Shown here one piece after another: positions 31,045-41,763 of a DNA stretch of 64,000 nt. Location of the stretch: the NCBI GenBank assembly GCA_963422645.2, contig CAXXVO010000008.1:256001-320000 (forward strand), given 5' to 3'. The notes beneath the pieces were generated by a model. The model did not search any database. It saw nothing but the letters and a program-made list of their open reading frames with translations, and was not told the origin of the DNA. This DNA is from Alphaproteobacteria bacterium (GTDB taxonomy: Bacteria; Pseudomonadota; Alphaproteobacteria; UBA828). Every line of letters begins with the position of its first letter. Within the stretch, counting starts at the first letter, position 1. The translations under genes and the position numbers were made by a program.

Positions 31045-31065
31045 CGCGCGCCCGCCTGACGGTCG

Positions 31066-31449
31066 ATGACGAGACGGAGTGGCCGCGCCGGCGCGCCGAG
31101 CCAGCGGCAACGGCGGGTTGGCGAACTCATCAGGGGAGCGCTGTCAGAGGCGCTCGCCCGCGGCGAGTTTCGGGATCCCGTCCTGAGCGATGTGCGTTTC
31201 ACCGTGACGGAGGTTCGGCCGGCGCCGGACCTGCGCTCCGCCAAGGTCTATGTGATGCCCCTCGGCGGTGAGCGGGAGGCCGAGGCGCTCGACGCCCTGC
31301 AGCGCGCCGCCGGCTACCTGCGCGGCGAGGTGAACCGCCGAGTCCAGCTCAAGTTCTCACCGTCGCTAAGCTTTGAAATCGACCGCAGCTTCGAGGACGT
31401 GGAGCGAATCGAGAGACTGCTCGATGTGGGCGGCGGCTCCGATGAGTGA
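31066..31449 (+). CDS. rbfA: ribosome-binding factor A
   Basis: [24 protein letters not shown]. Confidence 0.95.
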   Translation: MTRRSGRAGAPSQRQRRVGELIRGALSEALARGEFRDPVLSDVRFTVTEVRPAPDLRSAKVYVMPLGGEREAEALDALQRAAGYLRGEVNRRVQLKFSPSLSFEIDRSFEDVERIERLLDVGGGSDE

Positions 31450-32338
31450 CGACACGCCCGCGCGCGGCCCCCACGGCTGGCTGGTGGTGGACAAGCCGCG
31501 CGGGATCACCTCTGCGGCCACCGTGGCGCGGATCAAGTCCTTGGTCGGGAGCGGCTCGAAGGTGGGGCACGCCGGCACGCTCGACCCGATGGCCACGGGC
31601 GTGCTGCCGGTGGCGATCGGCGAGGCCACCAAGACGGTCTCGTTCATGATGGATGCGCCCAAGCGCTACCGCTTCGGCGTGCGCTGGGGCGAGCAGCGCG
31701 ATACCGACGACGCCGAGGGCTCGGTGATCGAGACGAGCGACCAGCGCCCGTCCGAATCCGATACCGAGAACGTGCTCCCTGCCTTCGTCGGCCCCATCGA
31801 GCAGGTGCCGCCGGCGTTCTCCGCCCTCAAGGTCGGCGGCGAGCGTGCCTATGCGCTCGCACGCCAAGGTCGGCCACCGCAGCTTGCGCCGCGCACCGTC
31901 TATATCAAGAGCCTGACGCTAACTGAGGCCAACGACGAGGGCGCCGTCTTCGTTGTCGAGTGCGGCAAAGGGACCTACGTTCGGGCGCTGGCCCGCGACA
32001 TCGCGCGCGCCGCGGGAACGGTCGGCTACGTGAGCTGGCTGCATCGCGCCGCGGTCGGGCTGTTCACCGACGACGATGCGAATCCGCTGGATAAACTGGT
32101 CGCGCTCGGGCATAGTCTGGCCCTCGCCGAACGCCTGCTACCGGTCGATGCAGTGCTGGCCGACATCCCGGCTCTGCCGCTGACCGCTCGCGAGGCAGAT
32201 CGTCTGCGCCACGGCCAGCCCGTGCCCGCGCCCGGCGCCGCACCCGGAAGGGTCCGTGCCGTTGCCGGGTCACGACTCGTGGCGCTGGCCGAAGTCGGCG
32301 CGGGCCGGGCCCGCCCGTTGCGGGTCTTCAACATGTGA
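31442..32338 (+). CDS. truB: tRNA pseudouridine(55) synthase
   Basis: [27 protein letters not shown]. Confidence 0.97.
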   Translation: MSDDTPARGPHGWLVVDKPRGITSAATVARIKSLVGSGSKVGHAGTLDPMATGVLPVAIGEATKTVSFMMDAPKRYRFGVRWGEQRDTDDAEGSVIETSDQRPSESDTENVLPAFVGPIEQVPPAFSALKVGGERAYALARQGRPPQLAPRTVYIKSLTLTEANDEGAVFVVECGKGTYVRALARDIARAAGTVGYVSWLHRAAVGLFTDDDANPLDKLVALGHSLALAERLLPVDAVLADIPALPLTAREADRLRHGQPVPAPGAAPGRVRAVAGSRLVALAEVGAGRARPLRVFNM

Positions 32339-32354
32339 CAAGCGGAGTAGCCAG

Positions 32355-32624
32355 ATGTCGATCACCGCGGTGCGGAAGACCGAGCTGATATCGGAGTACG
32401 CAACCAAGACCCACGATACCGGCTCGCCGGAGGTCCAGGTCGCGATCCTGACTGAGCGGATCAACAACCTGACCGAGCACTTTCGGAGCCACAAGAAAGA
32501 TCTCCATTCGAGGCAGGGCCTCCTGAAGATGGTCAGCCGCAGGCGCCGCCTGCTCGACTATCTGAAGCGCAACGATCAGGAGCGCTACACCACCGTGATT
32601 CAGCGGTTGGGTTTGCGCAAATAG
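32355..32624 (+). CDS. rpsO: 30S ribosomal protein S15
   Basis: [23 protein letters not shown]. Confidence 0.98.
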   Translation: MSITAVRKTELISEYATKTHDTGSPEVQVAILTERINNLTEHFRSHKKDLHSRQGLLKMVSRRRRLLDYLKRNDQERYTTVIQRLGLRK

Positions 32625-32770
32625 CATTGGCAATCGCGTGGTCCGCCGGGATGCGGCACGCGGGTCAAGAGGGCACGGCGGGAGGCGCGGCATGGGCCGC
32701 CGCCACCGCCGTTGCGCCTGTGTAGGGGCGAGCCGAATGGGTGGCTCGCCATCGGAACGAAGGAAACAGC

Positions 32771-34897
32771 ATGTTCGATATCACACGTCGTGAGGTTATG
32801 TGGGGTGGGCGCAAGCTCGTCCTCGAAACCGGGCGCATCGCCCGCCAGGCGGATGGCGCCGTCCTCGCGAGCTACGGCGAAACGGTGGTGCTCTGCACCG
32901 TCGTCGGCCAACGTACAGCGAGGGAAGGGCAAGATTTCTTCCCGCTGACCGTCAACTACGAGGAAAAAGCATCCGCCGCCGGCAAGATTCCGGGCGGCTT
33001 CTTCAAGCGCGAGGGGCGCCCGAGCGAGAAGGAGACCCTGGTCTCCCGTCTCATCGACCGGCCGCTTCGGCCCCTCTTCGTCAAGTCGTTTCGCAACGAG
33101 ACCCAGGTCATCTGCACGGTGCTCTCGCACGACCTGATCAACGATTCCGACATCGTGGCCATGGTCGGCGCGTCGGCCGCGCTCACGATCTCGGGTCTCC
33201 CCTTCATGGGGCCGATCGGGGGGTGCCGGGTCGGCTTCGCGGACGGCGGCTATGTTCTGAACCCGACCTACGAGCAGCGCGCGGCCTCCGACCTCGATCT
33301 GGTCATGGCCGGCACTCAGGAGGGTGTGCTCATGGTCGAATCGGAGGCGTCCGAGCTCGCCGAGGATCAGATGCTGGGCGCAGTCACGTTCGGTCACCAG
33401 GCGATCACGCCTGTGATCGACGCGATCATCAGCCTCGCCGAGGCGTGCGCGAAGGAGCCCTGGGAGCTGCCCAAGGAAGAGGTGGACACGGCGCTGGTCG
33501 AGCGGATCCGCGCGAGCGCCGAGGCCCAGCTCCGCGCAGCCTACGCCATCGCCGGCAAGACCGAGCGGTTGGAGAAGGCGGCGGCGGCCAAGGCCGACAC
33601 CGCGGCGCAGTTCCGCGAGGACGGCGGCGCCGCCGGCATTCTCGACGGCACGCTGAGAGGGCTCGAGAAGGAGATCGTGCGCGGCCAGATTCTCGACAGC
33701 GGCGTGCGCATCGACGGCCGCACGACCAGCGATGTTCGCGCCATCGAGTGCGAAGTGGGCGTGCTGCCGCGCAGCCACGGCTCCGCGCTCTTCACGCGCG
33801 GCGAGACCCAGGCGCTGGCCACAGCGACCCTCGGCACCGGCCAGGACGAGCAGATCATGGACATGCTCGAGGGCGAGTATCGCGAGCGCTTCATGCTGCA
33901 CTACAACTTCCCGCCCTATTCGGTGGGCGAGGCGCGCTTCCTGCGTGGCCCCGGCCGGCGCGAGATCGGCCACGGCAAGCTCGCGTGGCGGGCGCTTCAT
34001 CCGCTCATGCCCGATGCCGAGGCGTTCCCCTACACCATCCGCGTGGTCTCGGAGATCACGGAGTCCAACGGCTCGTCGTCGATGGCGACGGTCTGCGGGG
34101 CCTCGCTCTCGCTGATGGATGCGGGCGTTCCCCTGACCCGGCCGGTCGCCGGTATCGCCATGGGGTTGATCAAGGACGAAGAACGCTTCGCCGTGCTCTC
34201 CGACATCCTCGGCGACGAGGATCACCTCGGAGACATGGACTTCAAGGTCGCGGGCACGGAGCAGGGCATCACTTCCCTGCAGATGGACATCAAGATCACC
34301 AGCATTACCGAGGAGATCATGCGCACCGCGCTCGCCCAGGCGCGCGATGGCCGGCTGCACATCCTCGGCGAGATGGCGAAGGCGCTTACGCGCGCGCGCG
34401 ACAGCGTGAGCGACAATGCCCCCCGCATCACCACCTTCTCGATCCCGAAGGACCGCATCCGCGAGATCATCGGCCCCGGCGGCAAGGTCATTCGCGAGAT
34501 TTGCGAAACCACGGGGACCAAGATCGACATCGAGGACGACGGCACCATCAAGGTGGCAGCGGTCGAGGCCGAGGCGGCCGAGGCAGCGATCAACATGATC
34601 CGCGACATCGTGGCCGAGCCCGAGGTCGGCGTGATCTACGACGGCAAGGTGGTCAAGATCGTCGACTTCGGCGCCTTCGTGAACTTCATCGGCAAGCGCG
34701 ACGGCCTGGTCCATATCAGCGAGATCGCGCCGCGCCGGATCAAGAGCGTGAGCGATGTGCTGAGCGAAGGTGATAATGTCAAAGTGAAGGTGCTCGGCAT
34801 CGACGACCGCGGTAAGGTCAAGCTGAGCATGAGGGCCGTGAATCAGGAGAGTGGAGAGGACCTGAGCGCGGCCGAGGAGACGGCGCAGGCCGGGTAG
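32771..34897 (+). CDS. pnp: polynucleotide phosphorylase
   Basis: [26 protein letters not shown] and S1 domains. Confidence 0.98.
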   Translation: MFDITRREVMWGGRKLVLETGRIARQADGAVLASYGETVVLCTVVGQRTAREGQDFFPLTVNYEEKASAAGKIPGGFFKREGRPSEKETLVSRLIDRPLRPLFVKSFRNETQVICTVLSHDLINDSDIVAMVGASAALTISGLPFMGPIGGCRVGFADGGYVLNPTYEQRAASDLDLVMAGTQEGVLMVESEASELAEDQMLGAVTFGHQAITPVIDAIISLAEACAKEPWELPKEEVDTALVERIRASAEAQLRAAYAIAGKTERLEKAAAAKADTAAQFREDGGAAGILDGTLRGLEKEIVRGQILDSGVRIDGRTTSDVRAIECEVGVLPRSHGSALFTRGETQALATATLGTGQDEQIMDMLEGEYRERFMLHYNFPPYSVGEARFLRGPGRREIGHGKLAWRALHPLMPDAEAFPYTIRVVSEITESNGSSSMATVCGASLSLMDAGVPLTRPVAGIAMGLIKDEERFAVLSDILGDEDHLGDMDFKVAGTEQGITSLQMDIKITSITEEIMRTALAQARDGRLHILGEMAKALTRARDSVSDNAPRITTFSIPKDRIREIIGPGGKVIREICETTGTKIDIEDDGTIKVAAVEAEAAEAAINMIRDIVAEPEVGVIYDGKVVKIVDFGAFVNFIGKRDGLVHISEIAPRRIKSVSDVLSEGDNVKVKVLGIDDRGKVKLSMRAVNQESGEDLSAAEETAQAG

Positions 34898-35036
34898 GGA
34901 ACGCCGCCGAGAGAAGCGACACCTTGCAAACGGCGTCCCCGTCGCCCACATCGTGGCGTGGCGGGGGCGTAGGCCCACTGCCCTGCGCTGCTGCGTTGGG
35001 CGGATCGAGCCAGGCGCAACGGTGGACGGACCGACC

Positions 35037-36434
35037 ATGAAGGCGTTGAACGCAATCAGGTTATCGGGTCGCGAGGTCCTGCCCTTGATCGAGGGCGGCA
35101 AGGGCATCGGCGTGACCAACGGCCTGAGCTCCGGCGCCTGGGCCGCCGCTGGCGGTGTCGGCACATTCTCCGGCGTCAATGCCGACTACTACGACGAGCA
35201 CGGCCGCGCAATTCCGCAGACCTACCGCGGCCGCACCCGCAAGGAGCGGCACGAGGAGCTGGTCGACTACGCGATCAGGGGCGGCATCGCCCAGGCGCGC
35301 ATCGCCTACGAGACTTCGGGCGGCGACGGGCGGCTCCACATGAACGTGCTGTGGGAGATGGCTGCCGCCGAGCGCATCCTCCACGGCATCCTCGACGCCA
35401 CGCGCGGCATCATTCATGGCGTGACCTGCGGCGCCGGCATGCCCTACCGCCTGGCCGAGGTGGCCGCACAGTACGATGTCCAGTATTACCCGATCATTTC
35501 GTCGGCGCGGGCCTTCCGCGCGCTCTGGAAGCGCGCCTACCATCGATTCTCTGACTGGATGGGCGGCGTCGTCTACGAGGACCCCTGGCGTGCCGGCGGC
35601 CATAACGGCCTCTCCAACAGCGAAGACCCCGAACAGCCCGAGCCCGCCTATCCGCGGGTCATGGCGCTGCGCCAGCAGATGCGCGAGTACGGCCTCGACG
35701 ACGTTCCGATCGTGATGGCGGGCGGGGTCTGGTACCTGCGCGACTGGGAGGACTGGATCGACAACCCCGAGCTCGGCCCTGTGGTGTTCCAGTTCGGCAC
35801 CCGCCCGCTGGTGACCGAGGAGAGCCCCATCTCCGAGCAGTGGAAGCGTAAGCTACTATGCATGAGGGAGGGGGACGTGAAGCTCAACCGCTTCAGCCCC
35901 ACCGGCTTCTACTCCTCGGCGGTGCGCAACCACTTCATCAGGGAGCTCGCCGAGCGCGAGCATCGGCAGGTCGCCTACACCGCAGAGCCCATCGGCGACC
36001 ATAACCAGATCTTCACGCCGGGGCCGCGCGGACGCTCTTTCTATCTGACCAAGGGCGATCTGGGGCGGACCGAGGCGTGGATGGACGAGGGCTTTAACGC
36101 CGTGTTGAAGACCCCCGACACCACGATCATCTTCGTCACGGACGAGAAGGCGCGCGAGATCAGGGCCGACCAGGCGGCCTGCATGGGCTGCCTCAGCGTC
36201 TGCCGCTTCAGCAACTGGGCGACCAACGAGCTGGGCTCGACCGGCAAGAAGACCGATCCCCGCAGCTACTGCATCCAGAAGACGCTGCAGGAGATCATCC
36301 ACGGCGAAGACATCGACGACCAGCTCATGTTCGCTGGCCACGCGGCCTTCCGGTTCGCGAACGATCCCTTCTACTCGAACCGCTTCATTCCCACCGTGCG
36401 CCAGCTGGTGGAGCGCCTGCTCACCGGCGACTGA
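35037..36434 (+). CDS. nitronate monooxygenase / 2-nitropropane dioxygenase family flavoprotein
   Basis: LIEGGKG, VTCGAGMP, AGGHNG, FQFGTRP. Confidence 0.85.
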   Translation: MKALNAIRLSGREVLPLIEGGKGIGVTNGLSSGAWAAAGGVGTFSGVNADYYDEHGRAIPQTYRGRTRKERHEELVDYAIRGGIAQARIAYETSGGDGRLHMNVLWEMAAAERILHGILDATRGIIHGVTCGAGMPYRLAEVAAQYDVQYYPIISSARAFRALWKRAYHRFSDWMGGVVYEDPWRAGGHNGLSNSEDPEQPEPAYPRVMALRQQMREYGLDDVPIVMAGGVWYLRDWEDWIDNPELGPVVFQFGTRPLVTEESPISEQWKRKLLCMREGDVKLNRFSPTGFYSSAVRNHFIRELAEREHRQVAYTAEPIGDHNQIFTPGPRGRSFYLTKGDLGRTEAWMDEGFNAVLKTPDTTIIFVTDEKAREIRADQAACMGCLSVCRFSNWATNELGSTGKKTDPRSYCIQKTLQEIIHGEDIDDQLMFAGHAAFRFANDPFYSNRFIPTVRQLVERLLTGD

Positions 36435-36464
36435 CCGCCGCCGCCCCGCCTGCCGCCGTCTGCT

Positions 36465-37240
36465 TCACCGCTCCTTCACATAGGGAACGCCGCTCGCCTT
36501 GCCTTGGGCGGCACCGCCTTGCCCACGAAGCCTGCGAGCAGCAGCACGGTTAGCAGGTAGGGCAGCGCCTGGATTGCTTGCACGGGGATCACGCCGACGC
36601 CGGGGATATCCACGCCTTGCAGCCTGGCCTGCACGGCATCGGCGAAGGCGAAGAGGAAGCAGGCGAAGAGGGTCGGCACCGGGCGCCACTTGCCGAAGAT
36701 GAGCGCGGCGAGGGCGAGGTAGCCCATTCCTGCGCTCATGTCGCGCACGAAGAGCGCGTTCTGGGCGATCGAGAGCGACGTGCCGGCAACGCCGCAGAGG
36801 ATGCCGCAGACGATCATCGCCCGGTAGCGCATGCCGGCGACCGAGATGCCCGCCGTGTCCACCGCCTCCGGCGCCTCGCCGACCGCGCGAAGCCTCAGCC
36901 CGAAGCGGGTCTTGTAGATGAACCACGCCGCGAGCGGGACCATGCCGAGCGCGATATAGACGATCAGATTATGGCCGCTCGCCATCTCCGAATAGATCTG
37001 GCCGATGAAGGGCACGTCGCTCAGCCGGTCGGCGAAGGGGAAGTGAATCGGGCGGAAGCGCGCGCCATCCCCCACCAAGGGCGTATGCCCCCCCTGGCCG
37101 AACCAGGCGAGTGAGAGCACCGGCCCGAGCCCCGCCACCAGGATATTCAGCGCCATGCCCGAGACCACCTGATCGCCCCGGTGGGTGACGCAGGCGAAGG
37201 CGTGAACCATCGCGAGCGCGACCGAGGCGCCCACGCCGGC
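36465..37240 (-). pseudogene. nucleoside/sugar ABC permease, 5'-truncated and frameshifted
   Basis: GDQVVSGMALN, GLRLRAVGE, GYLALAALIFGKW; cut by a transposon end at 37241; GCCTT duplication at 36496-36505 shifts off KASGVPYVKER. Confidence 0.85.
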
Positions 37241-37984
37241 TGTAGCCGGCCGGAAGTCTTTGCGAATCGCGGCCGGAAGTCTTTGCGAATGGCCTGGAAA
37301 ATCGGCTGGTTTTCGGGGCTGAACCGGGCTGGAAAAACCGGCCTGTGCATGGGCCATGAAGGAGCGCTGCGCGGGGGGTTCAGGGCCCGTGCACGGGCGG
37401 TGCGTGGGGGTTTCAGGCGCGGTCGGGACCGGGGCGGGCGCCGGGGCGGCACGGGCGTTCGAGTTCGGCCTTCCACCATTCGGGGTCTTCGACGGCGCGT
37501 TCTGCGGCGTCGTATCCGTCGTGACCGGTCCATCTTCCGGGGTCGGCGTCGGCGTACCACCGGCCTGCGCCGCGGTGTCGCTCGAGGGCGTCGTCGATGC
37601 GGGCGACCTGGTCCGCCGGGCGTCCCCGGCAGAAGCGCTCGAAGAAGGCGTTGAGGCGGCATCGGGGGCAGCGTCCGCAGGGCTCTGCCGCAACGGTGCA
37701 TCGCCAGGTGAGCGCCTCCAGCCCGGGCGGGAGCAGGGCCTGGAGCATGAAGCGCCCGGCGACGGGTCCGAAGGGGGCGTCCCGCGACGGCGGCCACTGC
37801 GCGCCGTCCTCCCAGCCGGGGAAGAAGGGGAGTTCCGTGGGGACGGCGGTGCGCGCGCGGTAGGCCGGATGCCAGTACATGCGGTGCATGTCGTCGGCGG
37901 TGTCCCACGAGGTGATGCCGGGCATCACCCGGTCGGCGCGGTGGCGCTCGGCCTCGTCGGCGTGGGTTGCGTACCGGTCGATGC
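37241..37984 (+). mobile_element. Tn7-like transposon end, copy 3, with the 3' part of the QueC-like gene
   Basis: Inverted near-identical copy of ~17233-17976. Confidence 0.75.
37413..37984 (-). pseudogene. QueC-like gene, 5'-truncated second copy
   Basis: IDRYATHAD...CGRCPRC...PDRA nearly identical to 16920-17804; PP-loop half missing. Confidence 0.8.
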
Positions 37985-38066
37985 GGATTGATGCCACGTT
38001 CGAGGAAGCGATACAGGCGCTCGTGCGGTCCGTGCGCGTCCGCTAAATTCCGCGTCGGAAGCCTCG

Positions 38067-38291
38067 ATGATGAAAGGCAGGTGCACCTTCACTCAAACTG
38101 AAGCCCATGCCATCCGGGCCATGATCGCACGACTCAGAGATTCAGACTCAAGCGAACAGAAGCGGATACGTAACAAGCTCCGGAGCGAGCATGGATTCTG
38201 GATCACTGATTTCGGTCGCAGGGGAACAAATGGCTTCACGGTCGCCGACTTCGATGCGTTGATCGAGAGTGGACGAATCCACATACATTGA
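38067..38291 (+). CDS. small hypothetical protein
   Basis: 74 aa, lower GC, protein-like composition (QKRIRNKLR..GFWITDF..GFTVADFD). Confidence 0.6.
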   Translation: MMKGRCTFTQTEAHAIRAMIARLRDSDSSEQKRIRNKLRSEHGFWITDFGRRGTNGFTVADFDALIESGRIHIH

Positions 38292-38319
38292 TTTCGGCAC
38301 TTTCCTACATAATCCCCAA

Positions 38320-39348
38320 ATGAAAGATACCGCCTACTACTACCCGGCTCCCTACTGGCTGGCGAAGGAAGGGGACTGGATCAAGTCGTTACTGCTCTTC
38401 TTCGACGAGGTGGCCATCCTGCTGCCCGACTACATGCGGGGGCACCATAGAGACGCGGATCCGTCCCTCGCCGGACCGTTGGAAGATCAGGGGCTCCTTC
38501 GCGTTCTGGAACCGAATGAGTGGATAGACGCAGAAGTGGCCGAGACGCTGGCGAAGATCATGGTGGAATTCCTTGCGGAAGGAGTCTTCGACGGGTTGCC
38601 GGAGGAACGCTACTTTGCGGAACTGTCTCAGTCGCGGATCGGCTACGGGGCGGACGCAGAGCTGGCGGGGTTCCTGGTGGACGAACTGCGGCAGAGAGGG
38701 CTGGCGCGCCCCAGCAAGGACGGCGTGTCGATCCCGCTCCATCCGGTGGTCCGCACGACAATTCTGGTAATCCTGGGCCAACTGGCGCGCCGCGCAGGAG
38801 ACCGTCGCGGGATGGCAGTGCATCCGGCGACGGACTGCCCAAAGGCGACTACGGACCTGGTGGACGCATTGTCTAGGGAGTCGATGCCGTCCTGTGAAGG
38901 CGTGATCAGGCTGGACCTGGAGCCGGTCACGCTGGACCTGTCGTCGATCCCGCTCGAGGAGGTGCTCCAACTCCGGGAGGACCACCGGGAAGCGCACAGA
39001 GCCTACATGAGCAGTCTCCGGGGCTTTCTCGTCGAACTCGGCCGGCTCAGCGACCCCGTGGAGCGGGAGGCGGCGATATTGGAAAGGGGGCAGGAGATCG
39101 CGGACATGGCTCACGACAACCGGCGTTCGGTCAGACGATCCGTGGGCAAGAGCCTTACGTCATGGTCTATGGGAATCGCCGGAGGGGTTTGGTCAGCGGC
39201 GACCGGCGACGTCCTGGGCGCAGCAGTGGGTGGTCTAGGGCTTGGCGCGGGCCTGATTCCAGGGTCGGCGGACACGGTGGGCGCGGTGGGCGCGTACTCG
39301 TATCTCTTTGCTGTAACCAGTGCCTTCGGACAAAGGGCGGAGTGGTGA
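38320..39348 (+). CDS. hypothetical protein with C-terminal Gly-rich hydrophobic hairpin
   Basis: AYYYP..W..WIKSLLLFFDEVAILLP N-terminus; GIAGGVWS..GAAVGGLGLGAGL tail. Confidence 0.75.
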   Translation: MKDTAYYYPAPYWLAKEGDWIKSLLLFFDEVAILLPDYMRGHHRDADPSLAGPLEDQGLLRVLEPNEWIDAEVAETLAKIMVEFLAEGVFDGLPEERYFAELSQSRIGYGADAELAGFLVDELRQRGLARPSKDGVSIPLHPVVRTTILVILGQLARRAGDRRGMAVHPATDCPKATTDLVDALSRESMPSCEGVIRLDLEPVTLDLSSIPLEEVLQLREDHREAHRAYMSSLRGFLVELGRLSDPVEREAAILERGQEIADMAHDNRRSVRRSVGKSLTSWSMGIAGGVWSAATGDVLGAAVGGLGLGAGLIPGSADTVGAVGAYSYLFAVTSAFGQRAEW

Positions 39349-39357
39349 AGGAGCCCA

Positions 39358-40008
39358 GTGCGGGCGTTCCTGGATTACCCGCGCCCGCAAGCGCGACATC
39401 GACCGGGCGGAACTGCGCGGCATCTGGGCGGCGAGAGTGCTCTCGACCTGGCCGGCTACACGCATTATCTGAGCCTCGGAGGCAAGCCGCGCGTCCACTT
39501 CTACGGCGAAGTGCCGTCCTGGCTGAAACGGCTGCCGATGCAGACCCACGTCGTCGTGCACCGGCGCCCGCTTTTTGGCGACGACTCGACCGGCATCGGA
39601 GAGGTCGGTCTCGGGGCCGGGGCCGGCGGGCCGGCGGTCGATGTGTGGCGCTGGCCCATCGAGGCGTCGTCGCCGGAACGTGCCATCCTCGAGGCGCTCG
39701 ACGAGTTGCCGCGCCATGCCAACTTCGAAAACCTGGACAAGGTCTTCGAGGGGCTGGTGTCGCGGCGGCCGAGGCAGCTCGTGGCGCTGCTGGCAGCCTG
39801 CCGCAGCGTGAAGGTGCGCAGGCTGTTCTGCGTCTTCGCGGACCGGCACCGGCATGGCTGGCGCAGGCACCTGGACACCTCGACGATCGACTTCGGGTCC
39901 GGTCCGCGGGCTCTCGCGGCGGGCGGAAGGCTGCATCCGACGTACCGCATCTATGTGCCGAAGGCGTTGGCGTCGGAGCAAGCCACCGCGCGGTACAGCG
40001 ATGCTTGA
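39358..40008 (+). pseudogene. AbiEi antitoxin (type IV TA), probably N-terminally truncated
   Basis: GGESALDLAGYTHYL, SSPERAILEAL, CRSVKVRRLF; the usual N-terminal domain is absent. Confidence 0.75.
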
Positions 40009-40923
40009 CCGCTATGTCGCCCAAGTCCGCCTGCTGCTGAGCACGCTGCCGGTCATCGCGGGGGAAACCGCGTTCGCGCTCAAGGGCGGCACGGCCATCA
40101 ACCTGTTCTACCGGGACATGCCGCGGCTGTCCGTCGACATCGATCTCACCTGGCTGCCGGTGGGAGACCGCCGGTCGTCGCTCCGGGACATCGACGAAGC
40201 ACTCGACCGCATAGCGGGCATGATCGCCAGCCGCAACAGACGGGTCGCGGCACGCCGCATTGCGGGCGGCGGGTGGCGGCGACACGCGCATCCTGGTGAG
40301 CGACGGCCGGGCGCGCATCAAGATCGAGACCTCCCCGATGATGCGGGGAGCGGTGTATCCGGCGAGGACGATGGACGCTTCGCAGACGGTGACGGAGCGT
40401 TTCGGGTTCGTCGAGATGAACGTGCTGGCCTTTGAGGACCTGTACGCCGGCAAGCTCCATGCGGCGCTCGACCGCCAGCATCCGCGCGACCTGTTCGACG
40501 TGAAGCTCCTGTACGAAAACGAGGGTCTGACCGACGGCCTCTTCCGCGTGTTCATGGTCTATGTCGCGGGCTCCGGCCGCCCGATGCACGAGCTCCTGGC
40601 GTCGGCGGCGCCGCTCAGGGAAGACCTGTATGACGAAGAGTTTGCCGGGATGACCCACGATGCCTTGACCAGGGATGCGCTCGCCGAAACGCGCCGGCGC
40701 CTGTACGCTGTACGCCGACATCAGGTCACGACTGGAGGGCAGGATCGCCGCGTTCCTGCTTTCGCTGCACGACGCCGAGCCCGACTTCGGACTTATCGGT
40801 CTGCCCGAAGCCGCGAAGCTGCCGGCGGTTCGCTGGAAGTTGCTCAATCTGGAGAAGCTCAGGCAGGCCAATCCCCGGAAGCATGACGCGCAGCGGACCG
40901 CGCTCGAAAACCTGTTCCGGTGA
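40001..40923 (+). pseudogene. AbiEii nucleotidyltransferase toxin with two frameshifts
   Basis: FALKGGTAINLF..RLSVDID, GKLHAALDRQHPRDLFD, LPAVRWKLLNL; +1 G near 40271 and CTGTACG duplication at 40701-40714. Confidence 0.88.
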
Positions 40924-41058
40924 CGGTGGGAGCCGAATTCGCGAGTCCCCGCAGGATGATGGCATAGTGTTGATTTCGGTGCTTGGAGCGTTCCTGCGAT
41001 CAGCGTAACGTATCTGAATCATGGTACAATTTCCCGCGTTTCGCCACGAGCAGCTCAA

Positions 41059-41137
41059 TCCGGCCGACAGAGTGGGAGCGGCGCGCAGCGCGATGTGGTG
41101 CATCGGGCAAGCGTCGCGACGCACGCTGTCGGCCGGA
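41059..41137. repeat. long inverted repeat / hairpin
   Basis: TCCGGCCGACAGAGTG ... CACGCTGTCGGCCGGA (15/16 match) with inner stems. Confidence 0.7.
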
Positions 41138-41322
41138 GAGCGCCGCCCTTCGGGTCGCGCCCAGGCGCCCGACCACGGCGTCGCGGGCCTCAACCGTATT
41201 CCCCGATACGCTTTTCGTCCCGCTCCTTGTGGATCGAACGCCTGGGTGCGACGCAGGCCGTGACCGTGGTGAGAAATGCGGGCTAGACGGGAGATCGGCG
41301 GGCGCGGCGGCCCCTCAGCCGG

Positions 41323-41763
41323 CTAAACCGCCGGCGCTGCCCGTGCTGACCGAAGAGGATCGTCACCGGCGGGTTCAGGCCCGCCCGGCCTCGGAGGATC
41401 CCTCGGCGCGGTGCCGTCGCCCTCACCGAGTACGATGGAGACCAGCTGCATCTCGCGGCCGGTCACGACCTCGGGCGTTGCCCGGCCGCAGTCGGGACAG
41501 CGGAAGTTGTAGGGTCCGCTCGGCGTCTTCACACCGTCGCAGACGCGGCAGTACACGGTGAGCGGAAGCTCTTCGATGTCGAGCACCGCTCCCTCGCAGG
41601 TCGTCCCTCGCGAAGCGGACCGAAAGCTCACGTGGAGCGCGCGGGTCAGTGCCGACAGCACGCCGAGCCGCACGTGAATCCGCGTGACCCGGCGCGCGCC
41701 ATGCGCGAGCGCGTAGTCGTCAACCATTTCGATGAGGCTCCGGGCGAGAGCAAGCTCATGCAT
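41323..41763 (-). CDS. hypA: nickel metallochaperone HypA
   Basis: MHELA, CRVC, CPDCG, TGREM. Confidence 0.93.
   Translation of the reverse strand: MHELALARSLIEMVDDYALAHGARRVTRIHVRLGVLSALTRALHVSFRSASRGTTCEGAVLDIEELPLTVYCRVCDGVKTPSGPYNFRCPDCGRATPEVVTGREMQLVSIVLGEGDGTAPRDPPRPGGPEPAGDDPLRSARAAPAV

Noticed and set aside
32600-35179. Long antisense ORFs over pnp, infB, M32 and others
   Set aside because: Shadow frames typical of GC-rich coding DNA, with no recognisable motifs
36476-37693. 405-aa permease with unusual N-terminus
   Set aside because: Chimeric read-through from transposon-end DNA into a truncated permease
37985-38046. Fragment RIDATFEEAIQALVRSVRVR*
   Set aside because: Probably the 3' stub of a deleted small gene; too short to assign
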